Shown here piece after piece: positions 18,650-27,117 of a stretch of DNA of 32,000 nucleotides. The stretch spans positions 360,001 to 392,000 of the forward strand of contig CAVRAI010000004.1 in assembly GCA_963718915.1 (NCBI GenBank), written 5' to 3'. The translations under genes were made by a program, and so were the position numbers. The stretch's first letter is position 1. The number at the start of each line of letters is the position of its first letter. Source of the DNA: an uncultured Chloroflexia bacterium (GTDB taxonomy: Bacteria > Chloroflexota > Ktedonobacteria > Ktedonobacterales > JADMIN01). The notes below the pieces were generated by a model, which had not been told where the DNA came from, made no database searches, and saw only the letters and a program-made list of their open reading frames with translations.

Positions 18650-18721
18650 TCACGGACAATGTATTGTGTGCAAGGCGCCTCTCTCGAATATGTCAGAAAC
18701 CCACTAGGAAGAGCCTGAACG

Positions 18722-19378
18722 ATGTCAGATGACCCTGGAAATCTCGCCAACACACGCGCCACCTATGATCGCGTGGCCGAGGAATATGCGGCGCGTATCG
18801 CGGGGGAGCTGGCGGGCAAGCCACTGGATCGCGCGCTACTGGCATGCTTTGTCGAGCAGGTTGGCGGGCTGGGCATTATCGCGGATATTGGCTGCGGCCC
18901 TGGGCATGTCGCCGCCTATTTGCATGAATTGGGCGCGCAGGTCGTTGGGATTGACCTTTCGCCAGAGATGGTGGCAATCGCCCGGCAACGTTCGCCGGAG
19001 ATCCCTTTCGAGCAGGGGTCGATGCTCGCGTTGGCGACGCCCGATGCGTCGTGGGGTGGCATTGTGGCGCTGTATTCGATCATTCATCTGCCACCGGAGG
19101 GTCGTCCGCGGGCGCTGGCGGAGTTCCACCGTGCGCTGCGTCCAGGCGGGCTGCTCTTGCTGGCCTTTCATATCGGCGACGAGCAGCGCCATGTGGAGGA
19201 GTGGTGGGGGGAGGAGGTCTCGCTGGATACCTGGTTCCTCCAGCCGCGCGAGATCGAGTCGCTGCTGCGAGACGCGGCGTTTACCATCGAGATGTCGCTG
19301 GTGCGGCAGCCGTACGCGCCGGATGTCGAGCATCAGAGCCAGCGGGCGTATATCCTCGCGCGCAAATTGGCGGAGTAA
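18722..19378 (+). CDS. Class I SAM-dependent methyltransferase
   Basis: Motif I IADIGCGPGHVAAYL, then VVGIDLSPEMV, then post-I/II motifs (IVALYSIIHL, LRPGGLLLLAF). Confidence 0.85.
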   Translation: MSDDPGNLANTRATYDRVAEEYAARIAGELAGKPLDRALLACFVEQVGGLGIIADIGCGPGHVAAYLHELGAQVVGIDLSPEMVAIARQRSPEIPFEQGSMLALATPDASWGGIVALYSIIHLPPEGRPRALAEFHRALRPGGLLLLAFHIGDEQRHVEEWWGEEVSLDTWFLQPREIESLLRDAAFTIEMSLVRQPYAPDVEHQSQRAYILARKLAE

Positions 19379-19408
19379 TCCTCAGTCTCCGTGCTGGCGC
19401 CGCCTGGA

Positions 19409-20194
19409 CTATCCCGCACTCGGTGTTACCAGTTCGCTTGAAACGACGGTTATCACGGCGGGCAATGACCCAGACTTGAGATAGGCAGCCACCTGTCGCG
19501 CCGAGGCCTCGTCTCCACCCGTGATCTGGCCCGCGCCATCAATCTCGCTCTGGATGGTCGCCGATTCTACGACGATATCATCGACCGCAATAGTCAGATA
19601 TTGGCCGATGCGCGACGCGGTGTAAGAAGCGAATTGTTGCCTGGCTGATCCCGCGAACGCAAATTGCACAACCCACTGGCCGCTCTGGTTGTCTAGCTCT
19701 GCGGCTACCTGATTGCGATCAATCTGGTCCCCTGTGAATGCGATATGGTATTGCCCGGCCTCACAGGGGCCGACGCAAGTCTTGCCTGTTGTGCTTGCGC
19801 CGACTGGCAGGAAGTCTGATCCTGTGTCGAGAATTGCGACCGCGCCGCTGCTGGTCAGCAACGAGGTGATGTCGGCGATCTGCGGGCTGCCCGTGATACC
19901 TGGCAATTCGACGATGATTTGCGTTGAGCCGTCGGCACGTACAACGGGGTCGTGAACGTCAGATCTCCCCGCGAGTCGTCGGGTGAGCACGCCCATCGCC
20001 GCATCGCGCTCTTTCGCCAGAGTGCAGGCGGGCGCTTCCGGAAGACACGCCGTGCTCAAGGTAAGTCGGACGCCGCCATCTTGCCCAAGCGAGTGCTGAG
20101 GCGTGACAGACTGCCGCAGTCCAATAGGCGAACAGGCTGTGAGAAGCAGAGCGGCAACGAGTACAAAAGAGTGGCCAACCCAGTGCTTTGGCAT
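19409..20194 (-). CDS. Lipoprotein made of a SecD periplasmic (P1 head/base)-like domain without the SecD/F membrane domain
   Basis: ATG at 20194 (MPKHWVGHSFVLVAALLLTAC, lipobox L-T-A-C). AMGVLTRRLAG...STQIIVELPGITGSPQIADITSLLTSSGAVAIL and QYLTIAVDDIVVESATIQSEIDGAGQITGG...ASARQVAAYLKSGSLPAVITV follow the SecD P1 pattern. The ORF ends where the SecD TM helices would begin. Confidence 0.7.
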   Translation of the reverse strand: MPKHWVGHSFVLVAALLLTACSPIGLRQSVTPQHSLGQDGGVRLTLSTACLPEAPACTLAKERDAAMGVLTRRLAGRSDVHDPVVRADGSTQIIVELPGITGSPQIADITSLLTSSGAVAILDTGSDFLPVGASTTGKTCVGPCEAGQYHIAFTGDQIDRNQVAAELDNQSGQWVVQFAFAGSARQQFASYTASRIGQYLTIAVDDIVVESATIQSEIDGAGQITGGDEASARQVAAYLKSGSLPAVITVVSSELVTPSAG

Positions 20195-20374
20195 TGATGG
20201 AAACCTCTCAACCTCGAATATGAGCACTCTGGCGCTTTGCACCGACCCATCGATTGAGGGCAGGCCGTGGCGATTGGGAGTCTCCATAGCCTTTGGTACA
20301 TGTTGCGCGCAGCCGCACAGGGCAATCCCGGAACGGCTACGCACTCATGTGACCTCACATGCCCATCCCGGACA

Positions 20375-21625
20375 TTATGGCAGGCTCACAGGCATATTGC
20401 CTGGAGTAATTGCCGAAGAGCCGGTGGCGTGCGCGCCAGCGCCTAGCGGGAATTGCGCGATGATATCCGACGGGTCGATGTACTGAAGCGTACTGGCGTA
20501 GAAGGCCTGGCTGTCCGCGCGCCATGCCGGGCGGGAGAAGCCGTTCGGCGAGTCGTAGAAGCGCGTAGCGCCGCCAGTCATCGGGCCAGAGGCGACGTTG
20601 GGCGCTGGATCGGCGCTCGTGACAGCAACCTGCGAGCCATCGGGCGAAATCGCCAGATAGGCCGGATCGTTTGACGTGAGGGTCGGCAGGATACTCACCG
20701 CGCTACTGCCATCCGCGTTGGCGGAGTACCAGTGCGAGGACTGGGTCAGATCGCTGCCGCCACCAGTGACGGTTGATGCAAGCGATTGGTAGGCGATATG
20801 CGCGCCATCGGCTGAGACATCCCAGCCGCCATAGAAAATCTCGCCCTCGGCGCCTCCCCAGGTTCCCGCTGTCCCAATAGTGATGGGCGCGCCAATGGCG
20901 GCGTGCGAGGCCAGATCATAGCGGTGAATCAGCTCAGGAACGACTGGACTGGCAGGTACGCTGATGCCCGTGTAGGTCATGTAGAACAGTGTCGAACAAC
21001 GGACGACCCCTTCGATAGCGCCATCCGTGCCGGAAAGCGCGGTAAGGGTATTTGTCGTCAGGTCGTAGCTTTGCGCTGGAGAACTGGCCCCAGTAAAGAT
21101 AATCAGCGTGTGATCATCCGCCCAGGCAAAGAGGCGTTGCGGCTGATCTGACTGCGCATTCGTGATGGGATGCGCCAGCGGGACTTTCGTCACCGCGTGG
21201 GTGCTGGTATCGACGATATAGGGGTTGAATTCGACCGAAAAGGGAACGTACTGTGTGATTGCCACGGCGAGATGATGCGCGTCAGGGGCGGCAGCAATGA
21301 GGGTTGGCGTCGGAGCATTGCCAACCGCGTTCTCATCCTGGATTCCCAGCGGATAGACAAAGTTACTGAGCGTTGCCGTTGCGGCGCTGGCGGGAATGCG
21401 ACCGAGAACCTGTTTCGCCTGAACCCAGACCAGCGCGCTACCGGTCGCAGCGGTTGCGCAGGGGATAGGTGTCGCGGTTGGGACAGCGGCGCTACCAGGT
21501 GAAGTTGTCGAGCCGATACTGCACGCAAATAATGGGAGCGCACTACACCCTAACAGAATGACCAATCGGATGAGACCATGCCTGTGCCTTCTCAATACAT
21601 TCTCCTCTCGCCGCGGCCTGTGCAT
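20375..21625 (-). CDS. Lipoprotein with PD40/TolB-like beta-propeller repeats
   Basis: Signal peptide RRHRHGLIRLVILLGCSALPLFAC (lipobox L-F-A-C). Repeated xSxDG motifs (DVSADGAHIAY, ANADGSSAV, AISPDGSQVAV). Start candidates are ATG 21625, TTG 21595 (preceded by GAGGAG plus 6 nt) and GTG 21688. Confidence 0.7.
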   Translation of the reverse strand: MHRPRREENVLRRHRHGLIRLVILLGCSALPLFACSIGSTTSPGSAAVPTATPIPCATAATGSALVWVQAKQVLGRIPASAATATLSNFVYPLGIQDENAVGNAPTPTLIAAAPDAHHLAVAITQYVPFSVEFNPYIVDTSTHAVTKVPLAHPITNAQSDQPQRLFAWADDHTLIIFTGASSPAQSYDLTTNTLTALSGTDGAIEGVVRCSTLFYMTYTGISVPASPVVPELIHRYDLASHAAIGAPITIGTAGTWGGAEGEIFYGGWDVSADGAHIAYQSLASTVTGGGSDLTQSSHWYSANADGSSAVSILPTLTSNDPAYLAISPDGSQVAVTSADPAPNVASGPMTGGATRFYDSPNGFSRPAWRADSQAFYASTLQYIDPSDIIAQFPLGAGAHATGSSAITPGNMPVSLP

Positions 21626-22023
21626 CGCTAATCCAGACGGCAGGCCGGGCGCACTACTCTCATTCACGCGAAAACGACGATGGAACACAGATGCCGCCTG
21701 GTGGAAAGGATTCGCGAAGACCGAGAAGATGCCGACGAGGCTCTAAGCAAGCATGGCACTGTGACAGCGAGTATAGGGGTTCAGGCAAACGAAATCAAGT
21801 GGCCTCTGGCACAAAGTGATTGTTGCCACAATTGGTGGCGCATAGCTGGGAACACGACATGCCGAAATGATGTGAGGATGTCTGGAGGCGGATGAGAAGC
21901 GAAAGAGGAGCGCATTGCTGATGCGCCAGCCGTTCAGGGATGTGTGCGTGTAGTTGATCGCCGCCGGCACGTTGGGTCGAGCTTGAGGCGATTGCTCCGC
22001 CCAACAAAGCTGTCGTCATGGCA

Positions 22024-22993
22024 TCATGGCGAATTTCCGTCAGGAATGTCACGGGTGACTCTGCGCGGTGGGGCTTGTTGGCGTAGCGCCATTGGACGCA
22101 TTGGCAGCGCTGACGTCATCGCGTTAGCGTGCTGCGCGGTGTTTGTATGCTCGATGAACGGCCTGAGCAGGTTGGTAAACTCGGCAGGCACTACCAGCTT
22201 GGTGGATGGCGATGCGCCGAGCGCCTTGAGCGCATCCAGGTATTGCAGGCTCATCGTCTGATTGTCGAGGTGATCCGCGACCGAAGATATCTGCGCCAGC
22301 GCCTGTGAATATCCTTCGGCGCGCAGGATGGCTGCCTGGCGCGCGCCCTCGGCTTCGAGAATCGCGGCCTGCTTCTGGCCATCGGCGACTCGCACTGCGG
22401 CGTCACGCTTGCCATCGGCTTCGAGGATGATGGCGCGGCGGCTGCGCTCGGCGGACATCTGCCGGGTCATCGCTTCCTGAATCTCGTGCGGCGGGCTTAT
22501 CTCGCGGATCTCGACGGCCGTGACCTTGATGCCCCAACGTTCGGTAACTTCGTCGAGTTTGCCGCGCAGGGTGGAATTGATATCCTCACGGCGGGAAAGC
22601 ACCGAGTCGAGCAGCATATCGCCAACAACCGCGCGCAACGTGGTGATCGCGATGCCGCGCGATGCGTTTTCATACTGCTGAACGTTGATGACGCTCGACT
22701 GCGGGGTCGACGATCTTGGAGTAAATCAGAAAATCGATGGACAGCGAGGCGTTATCCTGGGTGATGCAGGCCTGCGGCGTGACGTCGAAGACTCGCTCGC
22801 GCAGATCGGTGCGAATGCCCTTGTCGACGACCGGAATGAGTAGAACCAGGCCCGGACCGCGCACACCCACCAGACGGCCAAGCCGCAGCACAACCAGACG
22901 CTGATACTCCGGCACGACGCGAATTGCCATCCCAACAAGAACGACACCTAGAAGAATGACGAGCACGGCGATCACAAAAGCTATTGGTGACAT
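22024..22993 (-). pseudogene. SPFH/Band-7 (stomatin/slipin-like) protein, split by one frame change
   Basis: 22670..22993 reads an N-terminal TM plus VVPEYQRLVVLRLGRLVGVRGPGLVLLIPVVD...SIDFLIYSKIVDPAVE. After a shift near 22690-22699 the next frame reads SVINVQQYENASRGIAITTLRAVVGDMLLDSVLSRREDIN...GIKVTAVEIREISPPHEIQEAMTRQMSAERSRRA. Confidence 0.8.
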
Positions 22994-23044
22994 GGTGGCG
23001 CCTCCTCCACGAAAACGATAGACTCACGAGCTATGATGTGACAC

Positions 23045-23724
23045 TCAGAGCAGTGATTCATCGGGCAGCCTCCATTCATATGGCCGGTGCACGAGGAGCG
23101 TTATCCCTTCCACTGCGAGCACCTCCACCGTCTCGCCTGCCTGAATCGGCCCGGCTTCCGCGACGGCGCTCCACTCCTCGCCGTTCACGCGGACGGTCCC
23201 ACGTAGCGCCAGGTCCGTGGTCGCCACACCTCCTTTCCGAGCAACGCCTCGCTCCCGCTCTTGCTCGGAAGATGACGGGTACGCAGGACGGCGCGCACGA
23301 CGACGAGGATGTAGCTACTGACCGCAAGCGTGCCAAGGCCAATGAGCCAGGGACTGATAGACCTGTCAGGCGTTTCGGGCGCTGGACCCACGAATGGTGT
23401 GAAGAGGAGCAGCGATCCCGCGACAAAGGCGATGACACCGCCCAGCGCGATCAGGCCAAACTGCGGCGAATGCGCCTCGGCGACGAAGAGTCCGGCGGCG
23501 AGGACAAGGAGCGCCACACCAAACCAGTTGACGCCCAGCATGCTGAATCCCAGTAGCGCCAGCGCCAGTGCGATCCCGCCGATAATGCCTGGGAAGAGGG
23601 TTCCTGGGTGATGGAACTCGCCGATAAGGCCAACGATCCCCAGGATGAAGAGGAGATATGCCACATTGGGATCCGCCAGCACCGAAAGAAACGGCCCTGG
23701 CATCGAGAGAAACGTCATCGGCAT
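23045..23724 (-). pseudogene. NfeD-family membrane protein (partner of SPFH), frame-shifted before its OB-fold domain and lacking an N-terminal protease domain
   Basis: 23185..23724 reads LADPNVAYLLFILGIVGLIGEFHHPGTLFPGIIGG... (the NfeD TM region) up to SEALLGKEV. A shift near 23224-23230 leads into VATTDLALRGTVRVNGEEWSAVAEAGPIQAGETVEVLAVEGITLLV (NfeD C-terminal OB fold, 23045..23227). Confidence 0.75.
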
Positions 23725-23790
23725 CGCTCGCCTCGCAATCCAGCGCTCACCGTCGCGTGGCTGGTCTGTTCGTCAACTAGTGAGGCGTCT

Positions 23791-23937
23791 ATGAGCCAAC
23801 GAGCAACAACCAGCGTCCTGCATGAATTTCATCTGCCGGAGCGAATACCATCTGATGGAACGGTCTATGAAACGTCCTACCAATACGTAGTATACGTCTG
23901 TTCAAAGACTTCAAGGCACACTCGGATCGCACGATGA
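23791..23937 (+). CDS. Candidate small protein (48 aa), unknown function
   Basis: GTGAGG lies 5-6 nt upstream of the ATG at 23791. It reads MSQRATTSVLHEFHLPERIPSDGTVYETSYQYVVYVCSKTSRHTRIAR*. A 7-bp hairpin plus T-run starts 11 nt after the stop. No family was recognised and it could be fortuitous. Confidence 0.25.
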   Translation: MSQRATTSVLHEFHLPERIPSDGTVYETSYQYVVYVCSKTSRHTRIAR

Positions 23938-23947
23938 AGATGAAAGG

Positions 23948-23966
23948 AGGAGAGGCAGACTCTCCT
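23948..23966. terminator. Short GC hairpin AGGAGAG-gcaga-CTCTCCT followed by TTTAT on the plus strand
   Basis: A perfect 7-bp stem read from the sequence. On the plus strand it follows the small ORF. On the minus strand it lies about 140 nt downstream of the GS-like gene end. Confidence 0.4.
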
Positions 23967-24103
23967 TTATGTAAATACGAAGCCCTGTAACAGTACGTTG
24001 CAAGGGCAGCGCTGGCGTTGTCGAAAGCCCCAGGTGAAAGGGCGCTGCGGCGTCTGCAACCGACTCATAAAATAACTGGGCGTCGGGGCCACTTCACCGC
24101 TGC

Positions 24104-25467
24104 TTAATACTTGTAGAAATGCTGGCGCGCCTCCTCCTCTGGCGGCATGTCGGCGAAGTGCTGGCATTCCAGTCGCTTGACCGCGAGGTAGGCTGTCATC
24201 TCAATGGGCCGAGGGCATCGGCCAGCACGGTATCTTGCTCCAGCGCATCCAGCGCCTCGTCGAGCGTGGCTGGCAGTCGGCTGATGTGGCGTTGCTGGCG
24301 TTCTTCGTCGCTCAGATTGGCTGGGTCAACATCGACTGGCGCCTGGATGCAGCTGGCGGCGGATGCCATCCAGCCCAGCCGCGATCAGCCCGCCAAGCGC
24401 CAGATACGGATTGCCGCTATGGTCGGCTGGTTTTAGCTCCAGGTTGGTCGATTCGGCCTCGCGCCCCCAGAATGGCGAGGGGATGCGAATCGCGCCCTCC
24501 CGGTTGTCGAAGCCATAGGCGGTATAGGCGGAACTCCAGAAGTGCGGCAGCAGCCGACGATACGAGTTGGGGCTGGCGCAGGTGAGCGCCAGCAGCGCTG
24601 GCAGATGGGCCAGCACACCGCCGATAAAGTGGTAGCCCAGCTGGCTGATTCCGCCCCGCCCCTGAGGATCATACAGCAGGTTGTGCCCCGCGTTGGCGGC
24701 GCCTGGAGTCCCCACAGACTGAAATGGATATGCGCGCCGCTGCCGGCCTGGTCGAGAAATGGCTTCGCGGCGAACGAGGCGAGCACGCCATGCTGCCGGG
24801 CGACGCCGCGCACGGTCTCACGCACCAGCAGCACATTATCCGCGGCGCGCAGCGCATCGGCGTGGATGGATCGAGAGCTCCTGCTGGCCGGGGCCAAGTT
24901 CCGGCATAAACTGCTCGACCTGAATGCCTTCCTGTTCCAGCGCCGCCAGGATGTCGTCGATGATCTGCGCCGACGAGTCGAAGCCAATGCTGCTGTAGCA
25001 GAGGCTTCGGTCATAGGGTGCGTAGCCGCCGTCGGCGTTTCACGCGCCAGATAAAACTCATGCTCCACGCTTGCCTGTACGGCAATGCCCATCTGCGCCG
25101 CCGCCGCCATCATGCGCTTGAGGAAGGTGCGCGGGCAGGCGCTCCAGGGCTGGCGGTCCTGCTGCGAATAGAGGTCGCAGAGCATCATGCCCGTGTTGGG
25201 CGCGTAGGGCAGCACGACGAAGGTATCTGGGTCGGGCACCAGGCGAAACTCGCCAACTGGCCCCATGCCGTCAACCGCCGCCAGCGCATCGACACCCGCA
25301 AATGCCTGCATGGCGAGCGACTGCCCGATTCCCTCAGCCATGCGGCTTTTCAGGCCATTGATATGGGTCGCTTTGCCGCGAATGATGCCGCCATTATCGC
25401 AGTACATGAAGCGCACCAGCCGCAGGTGCGCCTCTTCCGCGCGTTGGAGAACGGTCTCGCGGTCCAT
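24104..25467 (-). pseudogene. Glutamine synthetase-family (GlnA/PuuA-like) gene with about 5 frame changes
   Basis: The N-terminus is LRLVRFMYCDNGGIIRGK... The catalytic-domain pieces lie in different frames: VEHEFYLARETP | DGGYAPYDRSLCYSSIGFDSSAQIIDDILAALEQEGIQVEQFMPELGPGQQELSIH | ADALRAADNVLLVRETVRGVARQHGVLASFAAKPFLDQAGSGAHIHFSLWG | TPGAANAGHNLLYDP...SPNSYRRLLPHFWSSAYTAYGFDNREGAIRIP...[17 protein letters not shown] | [36 protein letters not shown] | [15 protein letters not shown]...YKY*. The shifts are near 25031-25038, 24862-24871, 24710-24716, 24331-24343 and 24197-24206. Confidence 0.85.
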
Positions 25468-25645
25468 GGCTTTCCTCCGGGCTATGACGCTGCACGCGAG
25501 GCTACTGCCCGCTGGCGTATCATACCTGATGACGACGGGAAGAAATGGCGCGAACGGGTAATGTACAGCGTATGACGTACGATAGGCAACGGCGAAATGG
25601 CTGTCAAGGCCACAGGCGCGGCGCTATGCGACTGGCGCGAGAAGG

Positions 25646-26925
25646 ATGGCGACGATGGAAGCGCTGGATCTGACTGATATTCCGGTCATAGACGAACACT
25701 GCCATGGATTCTACCTGCGCAGACAGCCGACTGATGTCATGGCATGGCGCCGCCATTTCACGGAGTCCGCGGACGAAAGCATTTGGCAGGAACATGTTCC
25801 TTCCACGCTCTTCTATCAGCGGCTGATGCGTGAGCTGGCGACGTTCTTTGGCTGCGAAGCCACGGAGTCGGCGGTGCTTGAGGCGCGAGTCGCTACCAAT
25901 CCGACGACCTGATCCGTGCATTTCTCCAGGCGGGCAACATCGAGACGTTGCTGATCGACCAAGGATATCCGGCGGCTGAACTGCTCATGCCAGATGCGGA
26001 TGTCGCGGCGCTCGCGGGCTGCCGGGTGGGTGCGTTCCTGCGGCTGGAAAACCTGATGCAGGAGTTGATCGCGGAGCACGATACGCTGGATGCCGTCACC
26101 GAGGCGCTGCGCGCGGCGCTCGCTGATGTGCGCGCGCAAGGATATGTTGGCCTCAAGAGTATCGTCGCCTATCGCACCGGGCTGGATATCCGCTGGTGGG
26201 AGAGGTCCGAGGCGGTGGACGTCATTTCACGCAGGCGCGCCAGGAGGCGGTCGAACAGGGACATCTACGCTTGCAGCACAAACCATTGCTCGATACCCTG
26301 CTGCATGTGGCATTCACCGAAGCGGCGCGGCAAGAGCTTCCGGTCCAGTTCCACACGGGCTATGGCGATACCGATGCTGATATGCTGCTGGCGAATCCGT
26401 TGCATCTGCGCGCCGTGCTGGAGCACCGGCCCTATCGCGGTATGCGCGTGGTGCTGCTGCACGAATGCTACCCATACACGCGCCAGGGCGGCTATCTCGC
26501 GGCGGTCTACGAGCAGGTGTATCTGGACCTTTCCTATGGCATCCCATTTCTCAGTTATGGCGAGATGGTCGCGTTTACCCGTGCGGCGCTAGGCGTCGCG
26601 CCCAACCTCGAAGCTGCTCTATAGCTCAGATGCCGTTGGGATTCCCGAACTCCACTGGATCAGCGCGCGCGACGGTCGCCGCATTCTTGGCCAGGCGCTG
26701 GGCGAATCGGTGGCGTATGGCGAATTGACCCTCTCGGAGGCCGAGACAGCCGCCATGGCAGTGCTCCATGATAATGCGGTGCGCCTCTATCGGCTCGGCG
26801 ATCGAGCCTCAGAAGTCATGATTTGCAACGTGAGTAGATTATGTAAAGGTTGGGTACGAGAGACCGAACAGAGCCAACTACTGGCGGATTGCTGTCTGTT
26901 CGTATATACTAAATTCGAGAAATGA
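25646..26925 (+). pseudogene. Amidohydrolase_2-like metal-dependent hydrolase with about 3 frame changes; final frame runs on to 26925
   Basis: ATG at 25646 after GAGAAGG. It begins PVIDEHCHGF (HxH metal motif). The pieces are ...ARVATNP | DDLIRAFLQAGNIETLLIDQGYP...YVGLKSIVAYRTGLDI...SEAVDV | FTQARQEAVEQGHLRLQHKPLLDTLL...PVQFHTGYGDTD...VVLLHECYPY... | SKLLYSSDAVGIPELHW...AVLHDNAVRLYRLG. The shifts are near 25899-25905, 26225-26232 (T-run) and 26600-26606. It is divergent from the GS-like gene. Confidence 0.75.
26869..26906 (+). terminator. Hairpin CGAACAGA-(22 nt)-TCTGTTCG followed by an AT-rich tract
   Basis: A perfect 8-bp inverted repeat read from the sequence, followed by TATATACTAAATT. 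It lies just after the conserved end of the amidohydrolase (..RLYRLG at about 26810). Confidence 0.35.
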
Positions 26926-27117
26926 AGATTTGGTGCCGCCGCTGTTTGTCGCTATTACGTAGATATGCGTTCGTGTAGGGCTTTTCCATTGCTGCCAGGC
27001 ATAATGAGTCAAGAGCACCTTGTTATTCATAGAGATGCTTGCACTTGTGCTTCTGTGGTAATCTGAATCGCGGCCCAGATTTAGATTCGTCTGACTTGCA
27101 CTGTTTGGAGTTTTTAA

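Noticed and set aside
21689-22023. Moderate-GC gap with ORFs 21680..21895 (+), 21743..21970 (-) and 21795..22052 (-)
   Set aside because: No RBS, motifs or structure that I could support. It is probably a promoter or UTR region between the lipoprotein operon and the SPFH gene end.
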